From NCBI GenBank assembly GCA_046563655.1, contig CM102286.1:3286001-3350000 (forward strand): a DNA stretch of 64,000 nt. The letters run 5' to 3'. Under the pieces are notes generated by a model. The model was not told the DNA's origin, ran no database searches, and saw nothing but the letters and a program-made list of their open reading frames with translations. Positions 49,284 to 60,322 of this stretch are shown here, one piece after another. Made by a program: the position numbers and the translations under genes. The DNA comes from Yuukianura sp. NJ FZ-2021 (taxonomy: Eukaryota). Within the stretch, counting starts at the first letter, position 1, and each line of letters opens with the position of its first letter.

Positions 49284-52200
49284 ATGGCAACTATGATTTG
49301 GACAGTTCTAATATTTTTCATTATTGGAGAAATTAGGTAATAATTAGTATTTAAAAACTCATTTCGATTGAATTCAATACACTAATGCTTAACTTCGTTG
49401 TATTCATTTCCCAAAATTTTCAGTTTCTCGATGATTTACAAATGTTTTTTTTTCAGTGTTGAGTATGTTTGTGCTTATAAAAGTGGGAACAAGGCTCCAG
49501 TAGGCGTATTTTTGTTGGAACAACCCGAAAATCCAGAAGCTTTGTACGATCATCATGGAATTCCTCAACACTTTGAAGAGTTGAACAGAATTCATAAAGT
49601 AGAAGATAAAGTCAAGAGAGAAGCCATTTTAAATGAAAGAATTGTTCGTGTCAAGCGAAGTCCAAAACCTCAATTTTCTGGAGGTTTTGGCCTTAATACA
49701 AATGCTGGACAGAAACCAGGGTCCATCGGTGCTTCTGGTGGAATTAGCCTTGATGCACCTTCATTGCCCTCAGGCAACGCCCAAGCCGATCTATCGGCAG
49801 GAAGTTTGGATTTCGAAAGCACGGTGGGAGGCAGCGTCTCTGGTGGACTTTCGCCTGGTATAAATTTAGGTGGCAATATTGATTTAAAACAAGACCTAAA
49901 CGTTTCTCCCGGAGGTGGCGCTGCAGTGAATGTCCAAGGTGGAATTGCAGGAAATTCAATTCCTGGCGCTGCAGTTACGTTACCTTCCGCAGAAATCAAG
50001 TTGGATACAGGAAATTCCAATCTCGGTGCGGGATTGCTGTTACCTTCGGCAGGAGTCAAGCTAGATGCAGGAAATTCAAATCTTGGTGCAGGAATCAAGC
50101 TGAATGCAGAAAATGCAAGTCTTGGTGCAGCAGTTACTTTGCCTTCAGCAGGAATCAATTTGGATGCAGGGAACTCAAATTTTGGTGCGGGAGTTGCGTT
50201 GCCTTCGGCAAGAATCAAATTAGATACAGGAAATACAGGTGCCGCGGTTACACTGCCTTCCGCTGAAGTAAACCTGGATATAGGAAAGTCCGATCTTGTT
50301 GAAGCAGTTACGTTGCCCTCCGGTGAAGCCAAGCTGGATACTGGAAGTCTTTCGACACCGAAGTTGAACATTTCCGTAGTGTCAGTTGATACCGATGGAA
50401 AAACTACTGTTAAGGTACCCAACGTAAAATTACTTGAAGTTTCACATGCTGAAGGCAAACTTTTAGAATTACTTAACCAACAGCCTTCTAGCCCGCCTTC
50501 AACCGAAGAAGAAAATTCAACTGCAAAAGATGACAATGCTACCCAAAACGTAACAAGTCCTGCGACGACGCCAATTCCTACCGTCTTACAGACGACGACT
50601 GTCGACCCCCAAATCAAAGGTGGAGAATTGCTTCTTCCTCCAAATTACGAACTTCTTCAAATCCCAAAACCGGATTACGGTAAAAAAAATGAAACGGTAC
50701 GCAACTGCTAATATTACACGAACTAAAAATTTAAACTAAATTTTTACCAGGCAAATCCATCGGACAATATCTACCAGGTCCCCTCATATGCTTAGTATTT
50801 GTGAAAATATTGGGAATTTCTTCATTCAATGAAATTGACCGCGTAAGTTGAAAAAAATTCATCACGTTGATGTTACGACGTGTTCCACTGTTATTAGTCT
50901 ACGTAATGTGTTTTACAGTGTTAAATTTTCAGGTCTTTTTATTTCAATATAGACTGTAACCTTTGACACGGATTTTACGGTAGAATGGATTGACGGAGTG
51001 ATATTTGACATTTCGGACACATTTGATAGACCTCCGCCAACGAAAAAACAAGTTCTAGCGGCACAAAGAACGTTGAGTCCCGCATTTTTAAAAAAAGTTT
51101 GGAGACCGGATTTGTTTATGGGTAACACTAATGCAATGCATTTTGTAATGCAATTTTTGCAAATGTAATGCAAGTTTAATGCAAATGTAATGCAAGTGTA
51201 ATGCAAATGTAATGCAAATGTAATGCAAACGTAATGCAAATGTAATGCAAGTGTAATGCAAACGTAATGCAAATGTAATGCAAACGTAATGCAAACGTAA
51301 TGCAAATGTTATGCAAATGTAATGCAATCGTAATGCAAATGTTATGCAAATGTAATGCAAACGTAATGCAAATGTTATGCAAATGTAATGCAAACGTAAT
51401 GCAAATGTTATGCAAATGTAATGCAAACGTAATGCAAATGTTATGCAAATGTTATGCAAATGTAATGCAAATGTTATGCAAATGTAATGCAAACGTAATG
51501 CAAATGTTATGCAAATGTTATGCAAATGTAATGCAAACGTAATGCAAATGGTATGCAAATGTAATGCAAATGTTATGCAAATGTAATGCAATCGTAATGC
51601 AAATGTTATGCAAATGTAATGCAAACGTAATGCAAATGTTATGCAAATGTAATGCAAACGTAATGCAAATGTTACGCAAATGTAATGCAAACGTAATGCA
51701 AATGTTATGCAAATGTTATGCAAATGTAATGCAAACGTAATGCAAATGGTATGCAAATGTAATGCAAATGTTATGCAAACGTAATGCAAATGTTATGCAA
51801 ATGTTATGCAAATGTAATGCAAACGTAATGCAAATGGTATGCAAATGTAATGCAAATGTTATGCAAATGTAATGCAAATGTAATACAATTTTTCCCATGA
51901 AACATTCTGTATCTATGTCTTATTCTATGTAGATGGAGTGGCAAAGGTAGACCAACCGTCGATTACTAACAAAGCTGTATTGTCTCTGAAATTCAACAAG
52001 CTAACAGGATTTATTTCATACACGGTCAGGTGAGTATCGCATAGTTTTTGGCGATACAGCTTCCTAACAAATATAGTCATGATATATTCAGTATTTTATG
52101 AAAGTTGCCCGTTGCACATGCAAATTTATTCATAGAATGTCAGTAACCGTGAACTGTCCAATGTCGTTTGAGTACTACCCAGCAGATACTCAGCACTGTG

Positions 52201-53255
52201 ACTTTCGAATTGCAAGCTGTAAGTTAAACCTGTTTAACTGTAACTTGTAAACTACAGCGGGACAATTTGATTCCAATTTGTGGCGCTTAAAATCACATTG
52301 TTCAGATTCACATACCAAAGATGACATGTCCTTGGACTGGCTCGTGCTGGACTCAAAACACATTGGAGTGATTTTGGATGAAGACGAAGACGACAATTTT
52401 GACATTAAAGTGGACGGTCAAGACAAATTTGAATATACACCGAAGTGGAACAATGCAGCAAGTAATCTTACACGTGTCTTCTTACTTGTAGTTGTAGTTA
52501 AGACAAAAACATGCGGAATCACATTTTTTTTTCAGATTCCTCGTACGAAGTGTTGACGTTCTCTATCAGTGCACGGAGGAAAATCAGCTACCATTTATTT
52601 CAAACATACTTGCCCAGCGTATTTCATATTTTCGTTACATGGCTTGTATTCCTCATTCCATATACATTGTACGACTGTCGAATCGGCACAACTATGACTA
52701 CGCTACTCACACTTACCGCTATGTTCTCAGCCGTTAGAGAACAATCTCCACAAGTCAACTACATTAAGGTAATTACTAAATTTACAGCAGTTGAGCGTGG
52801 CAAGTGTTTTCATAAATTTTACCTACTACTAAAATGTTTAAGGCCATTGACTTGTGGATGTTGTCGTGCGTCCTGTTTATATTCCTGAACCTTCTTGAGT
52901 TGAGCGTAATGACTTGGTAAGTTCACTTTTCATGAAATTTAAGCAAATGAATAACAAATTTTGTTCAAACGGGATTAGGCTGAGGATTACTATTGAAACT
53001 TATGAAGAAATGGAGAAGAAGGCGGAAGATGAAGAATCACCACCAGACACTGAAAAGAAAGAACACCTTGACCTGGGTTCAAAAGTTACTAAATGGAGAA
53101 TCGAGAAATTCAGAAAAGTTTACTCGTACATTGATCGATACTCTTTTCAGAGTTTTGCAGGACTGTTTGTGTTGTACAACGTTGTCTACTGGACATGGCT
53201 GTTCGTTGCCTCGGGATATTTCACGTGGGTTCCAAATGAGCGCAACGAGTTATAA
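49284..53255 (+). CDS. Cys-loop (pentameric) ligand-gated ion channel subunit, GABA/glycine-receptor-like, with a long repetitive N-terminal extension (~818 aa)
   Basis: Exons 49284-49336, 49457-50679, 50751-50842, 50953-51121, 51933-52029, 52136-52218, 52306-52461, 52536-52768, 52843-52916 and 52979-53255; all GT-AG, phases compatible, total 2457 nt. Motifs: LLPPNYE..IP, VWRPDLF, Cys-loop CPMSFEYYPADTQHC, M1 LFQTYLPS, M2 RIGTTMTTLLTLT, PQVNYIKAIDLWM, M4 IDRYSF...NVVYW. Confidence 0.88.
49965..50350 (+). repeat. Coding tandem repeat, ~60 bp / 20 aa (GAAVTLPSAxIKLDxGNSNL), 6-7 copies
   Basis: Visible in the translation of channel exon 2. Confidence 0.9.
51129..51887. repeat. 11-bp minisatellite (GTAATGCAAAT and variants), roughly 65-69 units, within channel intron 4
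   Basis: Direct reading; variants include GTAATGCAAAC, GTTATGCAAAT, GGTATGCAAAT and GTAATGCAATC. Confidence 0.97.
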
Positions 53256-53391
53256 AATCATGAGCCTTTGAGTCAACTTCAACCGTGAATTTCAGTAAGC
53301 ACGAAGCGAAAGTTGCAACTTAAGATTGATATTACTGAATACTCATTGTTAGTAAGTTTAATGGTGAGTTTTAATTCAGCAAAAACTTCCT

Positions 53392-56091
53392 TTACTTCTG
53401 GAATATAAATTTAGCTTCTTGCCTGCCTGGTTTCACCGTAGAACATTTGCGAACAAACATTTGACTATCAGATCTTATCCACTAAATCAAAAAATGCCGA
53501 TGATTAAACCGTCATGTTGTCTATTGTTGTACGATTGAACGTCTTACCTTGTTGGCAACTGCAAAGTTTAAAATCAAAATATCCAGTAAGGTTAAGTTTA
53601 AACACAAATCGACTAATTGGACAGCTTGTTTTTAACTCACTGTATTTGGAGCCGTATACCACAGGACATCCGCCTAGAGAAAACATTAAAAGGCCTATTA
53701 ACATATACGTTAGGAAGATACTGAAGTGAGTTTGGGTTAAGTTCCTAATACCATGCAGTGATTTTATATCCAATGAGCCATCGGACAGTAAATTGTTCCA
53801 AAATACGGCAGAACCTTGAAAAACCGAATTTTTAAGCCCCATATCCTGAATTTCTTTTTTGTAAACCGAATATTTCTTCGGTGTAACCTTACCTTTGATG
53901 GGCTGTGCAGCAAAATTTAGTTCTGGAAATGCAGTAGCTCCACCGACTTCCACTTTTGATAACTTTAAAAAAATATAAAGTTTAGATTGTTTTTAATTAC
54001 CTATAATAATTCAATGTAAGTTTAATTACATAAATAAATTTAATTTAACAGTTTGTTTTTATAATCTTACATAAATCATGAAAGTTGAAATCCGGTCTCC
54101 TTGTCTTCCCAGAAAAGCGGCAATGCGTTCTTTGCTTAATTTCTGGAAAAACATACAAAAGAAAACTCTCCCGTATTACTAAACATTAGAATTTTAAAAA
54201 AAGGGTTATAAGCACATGCCTCTAGCGTTCCAGTACCACTGGCAATTGCATCGTAGTGTGGACCATAAAATGCTCCAGGATTATAGTTTGCCACTTGCAT
54301 TTCTTCTGCCGCCTGCACTCCTTGAACATTTAGTCCAGTCAAAATTTCAATTCTTTTTGAAATATATCCAAATGGATTTCCAAGTACATGATCTCGGTAA
54401 AACAAACTGGAAGACGTTCGTCCAGCATGCGGCTTTCCACTAGAATTTTCTAGTTCTACGCTACTTCTCTCCAAAAATGGATCCGAATTTTGACGCAAAG
54501 TATTGGCTTCATGATTACTCAAAAAATCGTAGATTTGGACAATTTTTGGACCCAAATTTAGCAACTCCAATTTATATGGCTGAAGATACAAATATGGGTT
54601 GTTAGATGAAGAGTACTCGCAATACAAATCTTTCTTTTCAGTTGGTTCCTGTGAAACGTTCAATTAAAATTTTCTAAAACATTTTGGAATTTTGATTAAT
54701 TTTGTTTCAAAAATGTTCTTATATTACTCTTAGATCTCCCTTTTGGCAAATTTGGTTGAACATAATTGACAGTTTTCCTTGTCCATCAGGATTCATTTCT
54801 GTCAAAAATTCGTCAGTGCTTATTGACCGTTTGTTTCTGTACGATTTACTTTTGATGGAACCGAGACGCCGTGAAAAATGGAATGGATTCTTTTGGCGGG
54901 AAAATGTTCCATTTGCCAAGTGGAAGTCGTGCTAAAACAAACGCAATGAAAACTTTCGGAGCAAACTTTAAATTCATCTATAAGTACCAACAACATGAAA
55001 AATCATGCTCAAAATTTTGTCGATTTTTTTCAATTCCGATTCTTACCCTTTCAGCAACTTTCTTCATTTTTTCCTTCACTTCCTTTTCAAATTCTAAATC
55101 TCTCTTAGCCAATTTTCGTAAGCGGCTCAGGCAAGCGTCAAAGTGTGGCAAAGCCAAAGTGTACAAGGCTTTGCGGTAACTATAATTTCCCAAGTAGTAC
55201 AAATCCTCTGCTGTGAGTCCTGAATTTGTTTTAAGTCCCAACAACTTCCCTTGAGCTAACTTCAAATACAAATGTACGTGAAAAGAAACGTCAAATTTGT
55301 TCCCGCCAAAGTTGAAAAACAAATACTACAACTGATTTACATTTTTAGCCGAAATGTTAAATATTTGTTGTAGTCGAATTATTCCCATTTGAGAATCCAG
55401 TACGTCCTGCTCTTTAGGGTAGTCGATACGACTTTGTAATGACTTCAGGTTTGATATTAAATCTGCGGAAAGAATTTAACCATAACGTTTTTTTGAATGT
55501 TGAACAAAAGATATTTTTTTGAAACTTTGATATCACAAATTTTCGAGAAAGAATTTAACCATAACTTTTTTTTGAATGTTGAAGAAAAGATATTTTTTTG
55601 AAACTTTGATATCACAAATTTTCTTCACTTGTAGTAACTTACGGTGATTGATGGTTTCACCCAAACCCTCAAAAAGTGGATTTAAATCATTTCTGATCCG
55701 TTGAAACAGCTGAAACACTTCTATCTGACTTGCGCCTTTGGCTTTTAACGCATTCCTATTGTCGTTGACCTTCCCTTTGATATTTTCCTCAAAGTTTGGA
55801 TTTCCAACAAATCCGGCTTTTTTTGTGTACCTACCCAGAAATTCAACGGTGAAAGTATATTATAGAAAAAATATTTATAAAAATAACTTACGCTTTGATA
55901 TTTTGCAGCTGAGTTTGTGCTTGTTCCAAATATTTGTTGAGCAACGCCAAAATTTTTTGCTCGTGCAAAACCAACTTCTGGACAGCATACGTCGAAAAAG
56001 CATAACCGACGCCCACCCCATTGTCTGAGTTTCCCAATGTCAATCTATTACAGAAGCTTAGAATTAAAAGGACGGCAATGAATGGAGACAT
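53392..56091 (-). CDS. P4HA: Prolyl 4-hydroxylase alpha subunit (~564 aa)
   Basis: Exons 56091-55892, 55830-55643, 55462-55341, 55259-55047, 54931-54728, 54648-54220, 54142-54071, 53962-53893, 53814-53752, 53673-53641, 53558-53548 and 53481-53392 (1695 nt). Signal peptide; motifs IIRLQQIF, PYLYLQPYKLE, QVANY..G.FYGPHYD (HxD), GDRISTFMIYLSKVEVGGATAFP, KGSAVFWNNL, SLHGGCPVVYGSKYIANKWIR. Confidence 0.92.
55468..55623. repeat. 79-bp tandem duplication in P4H intron 2
   Basis: GAAAGAATTTAACCATAAC...GATATCACAAATTTTC starts at 55468 and again at 55547. Confidence 0.9.
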
Positions 56092-57048
56092 TTCTTCTCC
56101 AAAATTCGAAATTGCAAGAAATCCGGAACTAAAAACTAACTTATTTAATTGAAATTGGGAATTAGTCAAGTCAAATGCAAATTTGGATTAAGCATGTTGT
56201 GTTTGTTCAGTTGCAATTGTGGTTTAAGTTGAAGAAAATTTAACCCTTCCGGCATAGCTTAGCTTAGCTGAAAGCCAAAACATTTTTCTGCGGTATTAAA
56301 ACCCACGATAACACACTTGTAACTGTTCGTAGAGGCCATTAGCCCTTTTCAAAAGTTTCAACTAGAATTCATTATACAGAACAAAGTCCAGGTGAAAAAT
56401 TCCACCTGAAAAAGTCCATTGTTCGATTTATTTCAAAGTTTCTCCAACATTTAAACGAATTTAAAAACGAGCATGGGGCGGAGGTTAAATTTGATAATTG
56501 AACCATTGTTTTACGGTTTTACACTCCGCCTTTAAATTTCGACGCGACAATGCCTGTTCGATTTACGTAAAAGATTCACAACAGGAAATAAAATTCAGAA
56601 AGGCGGAGATTTTTTGACAGATTAATCAACCTAACACGGGTTTACCTCACACCCAGATATTGGATTTTAGTACACGATACACGCTGCGGTATGTAGGATT
56701 TTGCAAGTAGGAAGTAAAAACCAGTCTTTAACCTTCACCTTCAATCGTCTTCTTGTCCCAATTTAGGCACAATTCACAGAAATCCATTGGTTTGAGTATC
56801 AAGAAAATCTGAATTTGTTATGTTTTGTTTTTGAGATAACTTCTAATTGTAAGTCAAAATTTTGAAAGATAAACCTTGGAGGCCAAGGCATCAATTATTC
56901 CTCGGTTCAAAAGCAACAAAAAGCAGTTCCCGGTACATCTTGTTGGCCAGACATATCACGTCTTTCGTATTCTACTCTTCCGTTAGCCTCTAAAACAGAG
57001 TGGACTTGTGAAAGAATTCAAGCTTAATTTAAACTCGAAATTTAAAAA

Positions 57049-58344
57049 ATGCTTACTCGCAAAGAACTTGAAACTTACAAACTAACTCTCGCCTGGACGA
57101 CAAAATGGAGCTATCCATTTGTTTGGACAGGAACTCAGCTTGTACGCAGGAGTTCAAAAGTTAGGCGCATTGTTCATTACTTTCTAATGTTGTACTACAC
57201 CGTTAGTACATTCTACCTTGCCTACAAAGTAAGTACTGGAAATCCAGGCTCAATGCAGTTTCTCATCAATTTGTTAGCTCTGATGTACTACTGCGGTTGT
57301 CATGCTGTTCGGCTCAGCTACGAAGTTTACACTGATGAGACGATTGATTGCATCAACATGGTCCTATACAGCAACGCTGGCATTGGTAAGCGAAAATTCG
57401 TTCAAGGAATTCACAAAATTTGTTGACGTAGAGGCTTTGAGGCATTTTGAATTTGGCATTTGATAGGCTTCAAATTTCTGAACCGCAAGTACGAAGAGAA
57501 TTCTGTTCGCGACTTGCTGAATACGACTGTCAAGTACATTCCAATGTTTGCAGCTTTTCCGTATTTCTGCATTTCATTTTTTTTCTCGGATGGATTCGTT
57601 GTGACTGGAATAGCTACGTACTTTGGATGTGGATATGCTGTGCAAACATTGCTATTTGTTATAACGCAACCTTTAGTACAACTGGATCTGTACTCCGTTT
57701 TTCAAATAACATTCATTATTGTCGTTTACAACTACTACGTACTCAACCTTTGGCTTAAACGTTGCTGGTAAGTGTAATATATTGTCTTAAATTCTAGATG
57801 TATTTCGCAAGTTAGTTTCTAAAGTTTAACTTGGCTAAATAAATTTAGCATCACTTGGCCAACCTCTGCTGAAAATGTTGAAGAAACCGCAAAGAACTGC
57901 CTGTTGATTTACCGCTGCTGCTACATCATGAATAACTTACTAAATAAGTTCTTTGGAATGATCTACATTCCAGCAATTAAGCTGGCAATTCTTATACTGA
58001 TTTCGGCATGTACATTCGGATTGGTTCGGCTTTCGGAACGACTGGACTTTCTTTCGGTTCTATTTTTGGGTGTCCTGTTGTCTGCAACACTGATCTTTGC
58101 TGCAACATACTCTCACGTCGTATCCAATATTTATTCAACATCTTCACAAATTTACACCAACCTTCCAAATTTACTCAAACGCGTACCACACTCCCCCATG
58201 CGAATGGAGTATGCAAGAGAACTCCGATCCCTACCATCCATTTATTGCAGTGTTGGACATCTCTATGACATGGGCGCAGAAGCAAAGCTAACATATCTTG
58301 ACACTATTATAAATTTTACTACTTTTGTTCTTCTTACATTCTGA
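57049..58344 (+). CDS. 7TM chemoreceptor, divergent OR/GR-like (~377 aa), paralog 4
   Basis: Exons 57049-57385, 57467-57767 and 57849-58344 (phases 1 and 2); YPFVW, IYRCCYIM, RELRSLPSIYCSVGHLY...TYLDTIINFTTFVLL. Confidence 0.8.
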
Positions 58345-58680
58345 GCCGTAAAAACATAAATTCTAATGTAAAAGAAACATTTCGCCGCTAGGTCATTAAC
58401 TGAAGTGTTTTCGAAAAATTAGTAGCTTTCTTTATCTTTGCTGAGCTAGCAAACTTTACTGTTCCTGCCAATTCTCCACTTCTAAATAATTTAGTAAATA
58501 TTGATTCACATGGCACACGTACCACCTTGAGCTCCAAAATAAAGCTATTTTGTCAGTAGTATTTGAAGTGATATCCATGGAGCATGAGAAAACCGAAATT
58601 CGGTTTTGCGATGTTAGTAATTTAAAGGAACAAGATCAGTGTAGCCTGTTGCTCCTCTGTGGCACAAATTAAATCCAAAA

Positions 58681-59794
58681 ATGGCACAGTTTTGTGAAGC
58701 AAGCGTTGACTTTTTGTGCAATAATTGCTGGAATTGGATGGGATTACTTCGGTTCCTTGCAGTGGTAAGGAATTTCTGAACAAAATTTCTAAAAAAAATA
58801 ATAAATAAAATCACATTCATTTATGTAAAAAAGATAAATCCGCTTAAACTTAACATTCCTTCTTTCAGTTGATTCTTATTGTCTCATTAACGTTCAGCAT
58901 TCTATCTTTTCCCGATGCAAAAACTTTGGACTTTGTGAAAAGCAATCCAGGACTAGAGATAGAAATCTATTACATCTTATTTGCAGTTATCATAACATGT
59001 CTCGCCATCTACGTGTTGAGTATGTGCATATTTCAATTGGGAGAATTGGATGCCAATACGTGTACTCGCTTGATCGTAAGTAAAATATTTACATTTGCGC
59101 GGTTTTAATAAATATTATGTCTATGTTTAGTTTTAAACAAAATTTTGTAACTCCACAAAAATTTTTAAAAACAAATATTCTATTAATTATGAACAACTGT
59201 ATTTAGTATTTTTTCACTAACATAACTTTTTTTTTACAATAAATTAGTTGTAGTTTTATATGTCTTACAGGATTGGATTGTAACTCTATTTACTGCAATT
59301 GCGATGATAGCATTTGGGATGTTAGTAGGGCAACACGCTATAAGCTATATCAACCTCATATGTGGTCCACTACCTGAGCATCTAAAACAGAACAAATCAG
59401 AGAGGCAAAATTTGTGACATACATTAAATTTGCAGAATTTAATTTAATACTTTATTATACTGAACTACGATTCTCATATTTTGCATTGAATATTTTAGTA
59501 TTTTCATCAACTGTACGCTAAATCGTGGAACAATGACTAATTACGAAATATGCAACTGCGATACACGGGATATCGTACATTGCGACTTCCTAAATGCAGC
59601 AGCCGTACGTTTGTATGTTATTCTGCAGTAGAATACAATTCCATTACTTTGACATTTTAAATTTGTGTTTGCAGGCATTGTGTACTGCATGCGGAATATA
59701 CTCACTTACTCTACTTTTTTCGCTCTCACTTTTGCTATTTTGGCCTACAATGATGGGATTAAAGCGAGCTGGCAACAAACTTATTCCAAAGTAA
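58681..59794 (+). CDS. Four-TM membrane protein, MARVEL-like, paralog A (~219 aa)
   Basis: Exons 58681-58764, 58869-59075, 59271-59413, 59499-59604 and 59675-59794; four hydrophobic segments; CGP...C...CxC loop. Confidence 0.75.
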
Positions 59795-60322
59795 CAATAA
59801 GTGAATATAGAATGCAAAAACTATTACGTCAGAGTTAAAAGCTCCATAGTGGTGCACTATCACTTCTAATTAATTACCTGCCCCTGACATTTTTACTTTT
59901 CCGCCAACGGGATATTGGTGCAAAGAAATAAATTTTGTTTTTGTGCAATTTTTACGTCGCAATTCGCTTCTAATGATATCACCTCCAACATTTACCAAAT
60001 TTTATAAGTCTGCTGATGATGTCAACAACAAGATAGCTTCCTGATAGCAAATTCGAGATAAAATTTTCAGATTTGCACTTTACATCAAACTAATGCAAGC
60101 TTTACCGATAATTAGCCTCAACTCAAGCCAGACTCAATGTTATTCCGAATTAGCGCACGTGTAAAATAAAAATTCCAATTTGTTGAATCTAGATTGCAAT
60201 CTCAGACTTATTATTATTATTACATCAAAAATATAACCAAAAATGAACGTCTGTGTACTCAAGTTCAGTTAATCATATTCATAACAAATCAGTTTAATAT
60301 AGAGCAGTAGTCAACGTCAATA

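Noticed and set aside
49670..50617. 315-aa minus-strand ORF
   Set aside because: Antisense shadow of the repetitive channel exon 2, with no independent gene signals.
50913..51898. Several ORFs with (HYICITFALRL)n repeats; CRISPR-like appearance
   Set aside because: Translations of the 11-bp satellite. There are no unique spacers and the context is eukaryotic.
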